64,000 nt of DNA from Clostridia bacterium (GCA_017503105.1 JAFVTS010000008.1:206212-270211), one strand, 5' to 3'; numbered from the stretch's first letter, positions 48,195-56,891 are shown. Translations and numbers: made by a program. Notes: generated by a model from the letters alone, not told the origin.

Positions 48195-50429
48195 TTATTC
48201 AAACCGTTCTATCACCTCGGACGCCGAAAGCCTGTCCTTGGCGTAAGCGAGCCGCAAAAGATTCGGAGGAATAAAGTCGTCAAACTTATCGAACAAAGGA
48301 CACTCGCCGTCAAATACGAGCTTTTCGACGTCAAGGTCACCGCGCTCGATGATTGAACGTATTCCGTAAATAAGGTTTCTTCCCGCGTCTTCCTTTGCTT
48401 TGAAGGTAATATAATGGCAAAGCTCACTCTGAATATCGAATATACCAAGCTCTGCCGAATATTTTTGCATAGTGCGCTTTAGCGTTCTGAACGCCCTCGT
48501 TCCGAGCCACGGGAACAGTACGTAGCTCTGTCCGCCAAGATGCACGACCATATTGTCCTTCATCCCCGCGTTAGCGGCAACGCGTCTTGCGTTATCAAGG
48601 CGCTCTTTCGCATTCTCGCCAAGGAACTTATATTCCCTCGCTCCGAATAAAACGTCGTACATAGCAACGAGCAGACGCGTGTGTATCTCACCGCCGTCAC
48701 CCGGCCACGAGACCTCCATTTTTCCTTCAACAGCCTTCACGAAGATGAGTCTTCTCGGAATGTCGATCTCCTTGACCTCCCATACCCTGCCCGCAAGAGC
48801 AAATCTGTCACCTACGGGCGGCGGTGTCGTTATCGTTCCGATCTCCTCGCTGTCACACCTTACGGTATAATCCTCGCTATCCTTGAACACAGCGTAAAAC
48901 TTATACGAGTTTATCAGGCGCTCACCCTTTAATCCTATTATAAGCCCACGCTCTTCCGTCATTTCTATATAGTCGTTATTTATCATAGAAACCAGAAGCT
49001 CTCGGTATACGGTTTTGTCAAGCAATGCGAGCGGAGGCAGATCGAGCACTCTCGAAGCGAGAGCCTTCGGTGTAAGCTCGCCCGAAGAAGCAAGAATGCT
49101 GAGAGTCTGGTGGAAGGCAAGGCTCAGCGGCATAGTTTTCACCCTCGGCGGCTCTATAAAGCGCTCGCGCGAATAAAGGTCGATTATCGCGATGCCTCTT
49201 AAAAGCTCCCACGGAATGATCTCGTGAAGCGGCGCGTTCGGAAGTGCCGTTTCTTCCCTGTATACCATTATCATCTCGGGCGGATCGCCGCGTCTTCCCG
49301 AGCGCCCGAGCCTTTGAAGAAAGCCCGAAACGGTAGTCGGGGCGCCCATTTGCGCAACGCGAGAGAGCCGTCCTATATCTATACCGAGCTCCATCGTAAC
49401 GGTAGCGCAGGTCACGGCTTCAAGAACCGTTTCGTCCTTCATCTTTTCCTCCGCGTCCTCACGCAGCGACGCCGAAAGATTTCCGTGATGGATAAGAAAG
49501 ACGTCCTTGTCCGAGCGTTTCTTCGCGATCTGCCTGAGCGTTGCCGTAACGTACTCCGTTTCTTCCCTCGAATTTGAAAACACCAAGGATTTCGTACCGT
49601 AAACTGCGTCGTAAAGATACTCGTACCCGGGATCAAGCTCTGCCTGCCCGCCTCTGTCGCGCCTCTCTGACGTTGCGAGAGACGGATTTTTGGTCTGCGC
49701 CTCGTCCGCGTTCTGAATATAAAAATGCTCAAGCCCAAGCCGCCATTTGAGAGGTAGGTGCGGTGGGACGGGCGCTTCCGTTTCTCTGCCGCTGCCCGCT
49801 CCGAGCCAATCGGCAGCGATCTTCAGATCCCCTACCGTCGCGCTGAGTCCTATCCTCCTTGGAGAATGACCGATAAGGCGCGATATCCTTGACAAAAGAC
49901 AGAGCACCTGACTGCCTCTGTCAGCGCCTATCATCGTGTGTATCTCGTCTATGACAACATAGCGAAGTCCCGAAAACAGGCGAGGTACGTCGTTTGAGCG
50001 ATTCATAAGCATCGACTCAAGCGACTCAGGCGTTATCTGCAGTATTCCGTCGGGATCTTTTAAAAGCTTATCCTTATGTGACGCTCCTACGTCGCCGTGC
50101 CAATGAGTTACGGGAATGCCCGACGCGTCAAGGAGCTCGTCAAGTCTTGAAAACTGATCGTTTATAAGCGATTTCAGAGGCGCTATATAAAGAACGCTGA
50201 CGGAGCGTTCGGCGGGCGGACGGTCAAAAATATCGGCAATGATGGGAAAGAAGGCGGCTTCGGTTTTCCCCGACGCGGTAGACGACGAGATCAAAAGATT
50301 AGACTCAGTCTCAAATATCACCCGTGCCGCCTCAAGCTGGACCTCGCGAAGCTCGGTCCAACCGCGAGAATAAATATATTCCTTTATAAAATCGGGAAAA
50401 CGAGCAAAAACTCTATCCGCACTCGTCAC
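48195..50429 (-). CDS. Lhr/BrxHI-like SF2 (DEAH-type) helicase; third gene of the TerB-ATPase-helicase cassette (SngC-like)
   Basis: Motif I STASGKTEA, II VIDEIH, III LSATVG, HHGNLS and VI QRLGRSGRR, plus a C-terminal domain of about 300 aa. GTG 50429 is 8 nt after GGAGGTG (50438-50444) and is preferred. The ORF maximum is TTG 50474, which would overlap the ATPase stop by 11 nt. Confidence 0.8.
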   Translation of the reverse strand: MTSADRVFARFPDFIKEYIYSRGWTELREVQLEAARVIFETESNLLISSSTASGKTEAAFFPIIADIFDRPPAERSVSVLYIAPLKSLINDQFSRLDELLDASGIPVTHWHGDVGASHKDKLLKDPDGILQITPESLESMLMNRSNDVPRLFSGLRYVVIDEIHTMIGADRGSQVLCLLSRISRLIGHSPRRIGLSATVGDLKIAADWLGAGSGRETEAPVPPHLPLKWRLGLEHFYIQNADEAQTKNPSLATSERRDRGGQAELDPGYEYLYDAVYGTKSLVFSNSREETEYVTATLRQIAKKRSDKDVFLIHHGNLSASLREDAEEKMKDETVLEAVTCATVTMELGIDIGRLSRVAQMGAPTTVSGFLQRLGRSGRRGDPPEMIMVYREETALPNAPLHEIIPWELLRGIAIIDLYSRERFIEPPRVKTMPLSLAFHQTLSILASSGELTPKALASRVLDLPPLALLDKTVYRELLVSMINNDYIEMTEERGLIIGLKGERLINSYKFYAVFKDSEDYTVRCDSEEIGTITTPPPVGDRFALAGRVWEVKEIDIPRRLIFVKAVEGKMEVSWPGDGGEIHTRLLVAMYDVLFGAREYKFLGENAKERLDNARRVAANAGMKDNMVVHLGGQSYVLFPWLGTRAFRTLKRTMQKYSAELGIFDIQSELCHYITFKAKEDAGRNLIYGIRSIIERGDLDVEKLVFDGECPLFDKFDDFIPPNLLRLAYAKDRLSASEVIERFE

Positions 50430-50463
50430 TAAGATCTCACCTCCACGTTCGTTCTGCCCCGAA

Positions 50464-51834
50464 TTAAATGTCAATATCGAACAATCCTACCTTAGGCTTG
50501 GCAGCAAGCGTCACGTCTTCCGCCGTGATCTCACGCTCTTCGGACTCCGGCACGGACAGCGTTATCTCGCCTATCAGCTTATCAAAGGTCGCATCGGGAT
50601 TATCTCTGAGTATATTCATAAGCGCAAGAAGATCGCGCATTATCTCTCTCGGCGTTACCATCTCGGACGCTCCCGCTCTTGAGAGCTCCTTGGCAAGGAA
50701 TTTTTCGGTCTGTGCGTCCGTTATTATCGGTTCGTCAAGCCCCTCCCTTTGAGCGTAGAGCTTTGAGAGGCGTCTGACAAGCGCTAAGAGCTCGTTATCC
50801 GACAAACGGCGTAATCTTATTACGGGCGATGACAGATTCTGATAGCCGAGCTCGGAATATTTAGAATCGGCAAGACGGCTTTTTAAAGCATCGTAGCTGA
50901 AAAGTCCGCGCCTCGTGTCCTCAAGGAATTGCGGCGTTCCTCCGAAAACGACACCGAGCCTGCGGGCCTTGCCCTGAAGGGTATCGTTGAATATCGCAAG
51001 TATTTTTTCATAGTTCGCTTCCCTTGAGATCCTGTTAGGTATTTTATAAAGATTAACACACTCGTCTATAAAAATAATGAGTCCCGAATAACCGAGCTTT
51101 TCGGAAAGAGCGGCGAACAGCTTTATGAAGTTATACCAATTATCGTCGTCTATAATAGCGCTGACTCTGAAGCCGAGAGCGGCTTTAGCCTCGGTCTTAG
51201 TCGAAAATTCACCGCGAAGCCACCTGAGACAAGCGGTCTTTTTCTCCGTGTCATCACGAAGCGACGCCATATAGTACTCACCGAGCACGCTCGCGAAGTC
51301 AAAGCCTCCAACGTCCCCTTCAAGCTCGGAGAGCGTAAGATACACTCTTCTTTTCAGCTCCGCCTCAAAATTCTCATCGGAAGGAAGTATTCCTTCCGAA
51401 ACAAGGTCCGTTTTCAGCTTTGTAAAATGGCGGGAAAGGACCGTGGGCAAAGCTCCTCCGTCGGGGCTCGCCTTGCTCGACATATTTATCATAAGCTCCT
51501 TATACGTTGCAAGGCCTGCGCCGTTACCGCCCGTCAGCCTTCTTTCGGGAGAAAGGTCTGCGTCTGCGCAAATAAATCCGCGCTCAAGAGCGTAACCGCG
51601 AATAAGCTGAATAAGAAAGCTCTTACCGCTTCCGTATCTTCCGATAATAAATCTGCAAGCCGCGCCGCCCTCGGCAACGTCGTCAAGATTGTCAAGCAAG
51701 GAGTTTATCTCCTCGGCCCTGCCTATCGCTATATAAGGAGCTCCGCTTCTCGGCACGACGCCCGCGCTGACGGACGAAAGAAGCGCGCTGAGTATTCTTT
51801 TCGGAACTTTTACATCGTTATTTTCTTGAGCCAT
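50464..51834 (-). CDS. BrxD-like (DUF2791-type) P-loop ATPase; second gene of the cassette (SngB-like)
   Basis: Walker A GRYGSGKS and Walker B LIIFIDE. The overall layout (N-terminal helical region, P-loop core, C-terminal helical region) is as I recall for BREX BrxD. The ATG overlaps the upstream gene by 25 nt. Confidence 0.72.
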   Translation of the reverse strand: MAQENNDVKVPKRILSALLSSVSAGVVPRSGAPYIAIGRAEEINSLLDNLDDVAEGGAACRFIIGRYGSGKSFLIQLIRGYALERGFICADADLSPERRLTGGNGAGLATYKELMINMSSKASPDGGALPTVLSRHFTKLKTDLVSEGILPSDENFEAELKRRVYLTLSELEGDVGGFDFASVLGEYYMASLRDDTEKKTACLRWLRGEFSTKTEAKAALGFRVSAIIDDDNWYNFIKLFAALSEKLGYSGLIIFIDECVNLYKIPNRISREANYEKILAIFNDTLQGKARRLGVVFGGTPQFLEDTRRGLFSYDALKSRLADSKYSELGYQNLSSPVIRLRRLSDNELLALVRRLSKLYAQREGLDEPIITDAQTEKFLAKELSRAGASEMVTPREIMRDLLALMNILRDNPDATFDKLIGEITLSVPESEEREITAEDVTLAAKPKVGLFDIDI

Positions 51835-53447
51835 TCCTTTATTTCCTCCGTATAATCGTCGTATATCCCGTATTTTTCTCCGTCGTTATAAAGAACGACG
51901 TCGCCCATCGCATCGGAAAACGCTTCGTTAATGCGTTCTGCCGCGGAAAAAGCGTCGAATTCATCAATTTCCACTTGTTCGTCGTCGTTTACAAGCGCAG
52001 CTAAAAACGCTACGTCACCGTCCGAGAGCCCGTAGCGATCAACGCCGTCAGAGCGTGGTACTTCCACGTCCGAGAAGCCGACACGCGCGGGTGCTTCATC
52101 TCGTATCTCCGTTTTCTGACGCGCGTTCTCTTCCTTCGTTTCCTCTTCTTCCTCGACGACGAGCCTTTGCGTAACCTGCCAGGACGCGCGTTCTATCTCG
52201 TCAGCTCCCGCAAACGAAAGCTTTTCGTCGGGAGCGTCGTACAGCTTTTCGTATTCGGGGACGTCCGCCTTCACGCGAACGCGCTCTTCCCTCTTGCTTA
52301 TGAGATCAAAATACGTGTCTATCAGCGATCTGTAAGAATCGGGAAGGTCTTTGACCGAAAGACGGCTCTTGATGCCCATCAGCGCTCGAAGCTTATTTTC
52401 GGTATAGCGAACAGCCGCCGTTATACCTGCGCGAAGCCTGTCCGCGTTCATAAGCGAAACGTACTCTATTTCTATTCTGCATTTAACGCTGTGCGTACAA
52501 AGCGAATTCGGAAAAGCGTTTCTCACCAAGGTCCGAGTGCCGCCCGACGTATCGTAAAGCTCTCCGCACTCGTCAAGGCTCAGGAAAAGTCCGCGCATAG
52601 CGGTATACATATGCTTTTTATAGGCATCCGTATCGGAACCCTCGATGAATTTTCCGCGCCGCCAATCGTAATCGGAGAGGAAGGCTATCATAGCGCCTAT
52701 GCTCTCCCCGTCAGCCTCCTTTATATCGGCGAGATAATATTCCTTGAAGGAGGACGCGGCTATGACCTCGTGCATAAAACCGCGAAGCTCTGCCGTAGGA
52801 CACGGAATGCGGTGTATCAGGCAATAATCCTGTATCCACACGGCAAAATTGGCACCTATCCTCGGCAGGTCATTTTTGTATTCCCGCCAAAGAGAAGCAA
52901 GTATCCGAGCCCCTTCCGAAGCGGGGATCTTATCGGGAAGATTCAGGATCTCATAAACGTAAAGATAAAGATAGGAATAATCGGTTTTTACAAATCTGCC
53001 TCGCCTTATCTCCCATCTCCAATAAAAATAGTAATTTTTCTGCTCGGTATTCATTTGAGAATACTGCGGCATATACGAGAAGAAAGGAACGTAATCGCAC
53101 TTTTCGGTCTTGTGGTCGTAATAGACGAGTGCCGCCTTTCTGAAGTTGCCGTAAAAATCGTATTTATCATTCGTTCGCTTGACCGTAACGCGCTTGATAA
53201 GACGGTTTCCGTCGGGGACGTAAGATTCATCGGCAAGGGGCAAGTTTTCCACCTCTTCGCTCTTTTGAAACGTCAGCCTTCTGTCAGACGCCTCGCCGCT
53301 TACAGCGTCGGACGGCTTTTGCGAATCGGGCTCGTAAACCGTCGTTACAGGCTTTGTGGCAAAGGGGCGCAAGGTGCTTTTTTTCTTCGGTATCAGCTTT
53401 TCTATATCCCAAAAATCGTCCTTTTCGTCAAAAGAACCGCCACTCAT
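51810..53447 (-). CDS. TerB-N / TerB-C domain protein; first gene of the cassette (SngA-like)
   Basis: PFFSYMPQYSQMNTEQKNYYFYWRWEIRRGRFVKTDYSYLYLYVYEILN is a TerB-N hallmark. It is followed by an acidic linker (VVEEEEETKEEN) and a C-terminal LSDGDVAFLAALV...AAERINEAFSDAMGDVVL (TerB-C-like). There is no TM and no catalytic motif. Confidence 0.7.
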   Translation of the reverse strand: MSGGSFDEKDDFWDIEKLIPKKKSTLRPFATKPVTTVYEPDSQKPSDAVSGEASDRRLTFQKSEEVENLPLADESYVPDGNRLIKRVTVKRTNDKYDFYGNFRKAALVYYDHKTEKCDYVPFFSYMPQYSQMNTEQKNYYFYWRWEIRRGRFVKTDYSYLYLYVYEILNLPDKIPASEGARILASLWREYKNDLPRIGANFAVWIQDYCLIHRIPCPTAELRGFMHEVIAASSFKEYYLADIKEADGESIGAMIAFLSDYDWRRGKFIEGSDTDAYKKHMYTAMRGLFLSLDECGELYDTSGGTRTLVRNAFPNSLCTHSVKCRIEIEYVSLMNADRLRAGITAAVRYTENKLRALMGIKSRLSVKDLPDSYRSLIDTYFDLISKREERVRVKADVPEYEKLYDAPDEKLSFAGADEIERASWQVTQRLVVEEEEETKEENARQKTEIRDEAPARVGFSDVEVPRSDGVDRYGLSDGDVAFLAALVNDDEQVEIDEFDAFSAAERINEAFSDAMGDVVLYNDGEKYGIYDDYTEEIKEWLKKITM

Positions 53448-53484
53448 TTCTGCCCCTCCATTTTATCATTTTCTGTAATAACTT

Positions 53485-53513
53485 ATTATATCATAAAAAC
53501 CGTTACTTGTCAA
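53485..53513 (-). promoter_or_regulatory. Near-consensus sigma-A promoter of the TerB-ATPase-helicase cassette
   Basis: Minus strand reads TTGACA (53513-53508), 17-nt spacer, TATAAT (53490-53485), with a TGa extended -10. GGAGGGG SD (53459-53453) lies 5 nt before ATG 53447. Confidence 0.6.
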
Positions 53514-53550
53514 GAAAAAAACGCGAGCTAACTGTCAAAACCGAAGAAAA

Positions 53551-53597
53551 AAGATAAAAAAATATCACCGAGGTACTGCCTAAGCAACACCTCGGCG
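53551..53597 (-). terminator. Intrinsic terminator after ispE
   Basis: Minus strand GCCGAGGT...ACCTCGGT (53596-53589 / 53574-53567), followed by GATATTTTTTTATCTTTTTT. Confidence 0.7.
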
Positions 53598-53620
53598 TTT
53601 TATTCGTTTACGCTCTATTA

Positions 53621-54499
53621 TCAAACGGATAGCGCCAAAAACGCGCCGTATCCTTCTTTTTCAAGAGCGGCTCTTGCAGCCGTCGCCGTTTTTTCATCCG
53701 AGAAAACTCCGAAAACGGTAGGGCCGCTTCCGCTCATCATAGCACCGTCAGCCCCAAGGTCGAGCAAGCGCGTCTTTGCCTTTTCCGACTCGGGAACGAG
53801 AGGAAAAACAGCCGACTCAAACACGTTGTACATTTCTCCGACGGCAAGCTTTCCCGATTTCAACGACTCAAGCAAGCCGTCAAGCGAGCCCGCGTGTCCG
53901 TGCGGTGCTTTGAAATCTCCGTAGAGTCCGTCAAGCGCCGTGTATGCAACAGGCGTTGAAACGTGCGCGTTTACTTTAACTATAACAAAGCAAACGCCAT
54001 CAAGGTCGTTGAGCCTCGTCATTATTTCTCCCCTGCCCGTGCAAAGCGCCGTCTTTCCTATAAGACAGTACGGCACGTCGCTGCCAAGCTCCGCAGCCAT
54101 TGAAAGCATCACCTTTTCGCCAAACGGCCTTGAGAAAATACGGTTCATCGCCCGAAGAACCGCTGCCGCGTCGGACGATCCGCCCGCAAGCCCCGCCGCA
54201 ACGGGAATGTTTTTCTTTAATTTTATATTGACGTTAGCTGACGTGCCAAGACGGGCGAGGAACGTCTGTGCCGCCCTAACCGCAAGATTACGTCCGTCCG
54301 TCGGAAGGAAATCAGCCCCGCCTACGGAGAGCCTGACCTGACCGCCCGAGCGCACGCACTCAGCGCTCACAGTTATCTCATCGGCAAGAGAGACCGTATG
54401 CATCACCGTTTCTATCTCGTGAAATCCGTCATCGCGTTTTTTCGTTACGTCAAGATATAAATTTATCTTAGCGTAAGCCTTTTCCTTTACCGAGTTCAT
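53621..54499 (-). CDS. ispE: 4-diphosphocytidyl-2-C-methyl-D-erythritol kinase
   Basis: AYAKINLYLDV...PVAAGLAGGSSDAAA. Confidence 0.9.
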   Translation of the reverse strand: MNSVKEKAYAKINLYLDVTKKRDDGFHEIETVMHTVSLADEITVSAECVRSGGQVRLSVGGADFLPTDGRNLAVRAAQTFLARLGTSANVNIKLKKNIPVAAGLAGGSSDAAAVLRAMNRIFSRPFGEKVMLSMAAELGSDVPYCLIGKTALCTGRGEIMTRLNDLDGVCFVIVKVNAHVSTPVAYTALDGLYGDFKAPHGHAGSLDGLLESLKSGKLAVGEMYNVFESAVFPLVPESEKAKTRLLDLGADGAMMSGSGPTVFGVFSDEKTATAARAALEKEGYGAFLALSV

Positions 54500-54521
54500 A
54501 ATTTCGACCCCGTGACTTGTA

Positions 54522-55268
54522 TTACTGCTTCGTTGCCTCTTCGCACATACTTATATCTTCCATACTCTTCTCGTTTTCATCGCCGAGGATTATATCAAAG
54601 ATCTTCTCGGCAAAGAGCTTGTGCATTTCCCTGTTGGGATGATTGATCCTGTTTGCAAGCAGCATAGTGGTATCAACGCCCGATTCGTAAAGCTTTTTCC
54701 ATTCCGAATAACAGTCAGCTACGGGAACACCCATCGAGCTTGCCACTTCCTTTGCCGCATTCATATACTTATCCACGAGTCCGCTTTTTTGCATTTCTAC
54801 GGTTTTCGCGGCGTACTCTCTTAATCCTTCGGGAGTGTCATCGGCAACGTAAGTATTAAACATATTTTCCGTCATAAAAACGACTTCTGCGCCTATGGAT
54901 TGGCATTTTTCAAAAATCTCTCTAAGTGAGGCACAGTATGCGTCCGTGCCCTTGTTTTTGCTTATGTCATTGAGTGCGAACGCCACTATTACAAGATCGG
55001 GCGAGTGCGACAAGACCTGGGACTCGAGCCTCGCAAGAGAGTTGGTTGCGTTCGTTCCACCGATGCCCGAGTTTATCACGTTCACGGGGATCGCGGGATT
55101 TACACCGTTTATCATTTTCCTGAGCACGTTCCAATAGACGTTTTCGAAATCTACAGCCCCGTGCTCAAAAGCTCCGTACGTAAGACTGTCACCGAATGCA
55201 ACTATGGTTATCGCACCGTTTTCGATGAACGCTTTTAGGTTCATTTTAATTTTTTCTCTGATTTTCAT
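54522..55268 (-). CDS. SGNH/GDSL-family hydrolase
   Basis: Block I AFGDSLTYG, block III GINDI-like ALNDI and block V NHPN. ATG 55268 is 7 nt after GAGGTG. Confidence 0.8.
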   Translation of the reverse strand: MKIREKIKMNLKAFIENGAITIVAFGDSLTYGAFEHGAVDFENVYWNVLRKMINGVNPAIPVNVINSGIGGTNATNSLARLESQVLSHSPDLVIVAFALNDISKNKGTDAYCASLREIFEKCQSIGAEVVFMTENMFNTYVADDTPEGLREYAAKTVEMQKSGLVDKYMNAAKEVASSMGVPVADCYSEWKKLYESGVDTTMLLANRINHPNREMHKLFAEKIFDIILGDENEKSMEDISMCEEATKQ

Positions 55269-55505
55269 TGTAACCCACCTCGCAGTTAAAGCAGATTTGC
55301 ATTTGCACAAGCATAATTTGCTTTAAAAATTATATCATAAATGCTGACGCTTGTCAAGTTTTTTGCCAAGTTTTAAGGATAGGAGCATTCCGTGCGCTTA
55401 TCGTTTTAAAAGCTTAATACCCGCTCGAATTTTAAGAGCCGCGGCTTTTCGTCTTGCTTCTAAAAACGTTTTTGATAACGCTTGGAAATATTTTGCTAAA
55501 AGGTA

Positions 55506-55534
55506 TTGACATTTAAGAAAAGCTGTGATATAAT
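55506..55534 (+). promoter_or_regulatory. Sigma-A promoter of rpsF-ssb-rpsR
   Basis: TTGACA (55506-55511), 17-nt spacer, TATAAT (55529-55534), with a TGa extended -10. Confidence 0.65.
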
Positions 55535-55540
55535 ACTTTA

Positions 55541-55605
55541 GTGCCCGAGTTATGAGGACTCGGCTCCTTGCCACCGGGAAACGGCGGCCATAATGACCAT
55601 AAGGA
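55541..55605 (+). promoter_or_regulatory. Structured rpsF 5' leader (possible S6:S18 autoregulatory motif)
   Basis: Two hairpins, CCGAGT(55545-55550)/ACTCGG(55558-55563) and GCCACCG...CGGCGGC (about 55570-55588), lie just before the SD AAGGAGG. Confidence 0.35.
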
Positions 55606-55616
55606 GGTAAATTCAG

Positions 55617-55985
55617 ATGGAGAAGAAGATTTGTTCTTACGAGACTCTCTTTGCTGTGAACGGCAATCTTCCCGAGGAAGAGTTCAAGGCTATCGAAGAG
55701 AAGTTCGTTAATCTCATTAACGAGAACGCTGAAGACGTTTCTGTTAACGAGTGGGGCAAGAGAAGATTCGCGTATCCTATCAACTACGTAACCGAAGGAT
55801 ACTACGTTCTTGTCACCTTTAAGAGCGAAAGCAGCTTCCCCCTCGAGCTTGAGCGTGTGTTCGGCATCACCGAAAGTGTGCTTCGTTTCATCACGACTAC
55901 CAAGATCGAGAAAGCTGCAAAGGCTGAAGCTGTAGCAGAAGCTACGGAAGAAGCTGTCGAAGCCGCAGAAACAACTGAGGCGTAA
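55617..55985 (+). CDS. rpsF: 30S ribosomal protein S6 (acidic C-terminal extension)
   Basis: YETLFAV...NEWGKRRFAYPI...GYYVLVTF. Confidence 0.95.
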   Translation: MEKKICSYETLFAVNGNLPEEEFKAIEEKFVNLINENAEDVSVNEWGKRRFAYPINYVTEGYYVLVTFKSESSFPLELERVFGITESVLRFITTTKIEKAAKAEAVAEATEEAVEAAETTEA

Positions 55986-56005
55986 ATTTTTGAGGAGGCG
56001 AAAAA

Positions 56006-56464
56006 ATGGCAAGTTTCAACAAGGTTATTCTTATAGGTAATATGACGGCAGATCCCGAGCTCAAGCAGACTACGGGCGGCATCTCGGTGTGCAGCTTTTC
56101 TATCGCTGTAAACCGCCGTTTTGCAAAAGCCGATCAGGGTCAGCAGAGCGTTGACTTCATCAATATCGTTACCTGGAGACAACAGGCTGAATTTGTTGCT
56201 CGCTACTTTAAAAAAGGAAATCCCATTCTCATCTGCGGACAGATACAGACGAGATCGTGGAGTGATAACCAAGGACAGAAGAGATACGCGACCGAGGTCG
56301 TTGCGGACGAGGTTTCCTTCGTTGCACCCGCATCGCAGAATGCTCAGGGCACAGGGACGGGTGGCAGCACCTACACGCCCGATGCTTACGCATCTCCTTC
56401 CTTTGGCAGCGCCGGCGGCGCAAGCTTTGAAGAAATACCTAACGACGAGAGCCTTCCCTTCTGA
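56006..56464 (+). CDS. ssb: Single-stranded DNA-binding protein
   Basis: MASFNKVILIGNMTADPELK...; C-terminal acidic tip DESLPF. Confidence 0.95.
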   Translation: MASFNKVILIGNMTADPELKQTTGGISVCSFSIAVNRRFAKADQGQQSVDFINIVTWRQQAEFVARYFKKGNPILICGQIQTRSWSDNQGQKRYATEVVADEVSFVAPASQNAQGTGTGGSTYTPDAYASPSFGSAGGASFEEIPNDESLPF

Positions 56465-56563
56465 TTTTCGGAAAGTGCGAAGCTCGTCCGCCCGAGCGTA
56501 AGACTCACTGCGTCGGGTGAAATACAGAAACCGTGAGTCGGAAAGGTTTTGGAACTATTCAAA

Positions 56564-56815
56564 ATGGATAGAAACGATACTCAGCGTCCTGCATTCCGTC
56601 CTATGCACAGAAGAAAGAAGGTTTGCATCTTCTGCCAGGACAAGGTTGCAGAGATTGATTACAAGGACGTTGCAAAGCTCAGAAAGTTCATTTCCGAGAG
56701 AGCAAAGATCCTCCCTAGACGTGTTTCCGGCAACTGTGCTCTTCACCAGAGACAGCTCACCACCGCTGTTAAGGTAGCACGCCAGATGGCACTTCTTCCC
56801 TACGTATCCAACTAA
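56564..56815 (+). CDS. rpsR: 30S ribosomal protein S18
   Basis: [49 protein letters not shown] 56564 is preferred; the ORF maximum is TTG 56549. Confidence 0.93.
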   Translation: MDRNDTQRPAFRPMHRRKKVCIFCQDKVAEIDYKDVAKLRKFISERAKILPRRVSGNCALHQRQLTTAVKVARQMALLPYVSN

Positions 56816-56832
56816 TAAGTTGATTTTGTTAT

Positions 56833-56891
56833 AAGACAATATCAAATTAAACGAAAACGACAAAAGCTTTCGACTTGATATATATTGTCTT
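56833..56891. repeat. Imperfect long inverted repeat downstream of rpsR
   Basis: AAGACAATATCAA (56833-56845) pairs with TTGATATATATTGTCTT (56875-56891), with a 3-nt bulge and a 29-nt loop containing an AAAGCTTT palindrome. Confidence 0.8.

Noticed and set aside
48195-51834. Possibility that the ATPase and helicase mark a BREX (type 2) locus.
   Set aside because: brxD/brxHI-like genes are present, but no PglX methyltransferase, PglZ phosphatase, PglW kinase or BrxA/B/C-like genes occur anywhere in the 64 kb. The TerB partner points to the Shango-type trio instead.
10011-56012. Other long antisense ORFs: 10011-10817, 21259-22305, 23926-24939, 39419-40447, 41383-42108, 44814-45728, 45943-46713, 52167-53531 and 55398-56012.
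   Set aside because: Each lies opposite a gene with recognisable family motifs. The products are Arg/Ser/Leu-rich and low-complexity without ribosome-binding sites. The same codon-usage explanation applies: avoidance of TTA/CTA/TCA keeps the mirror frame open.
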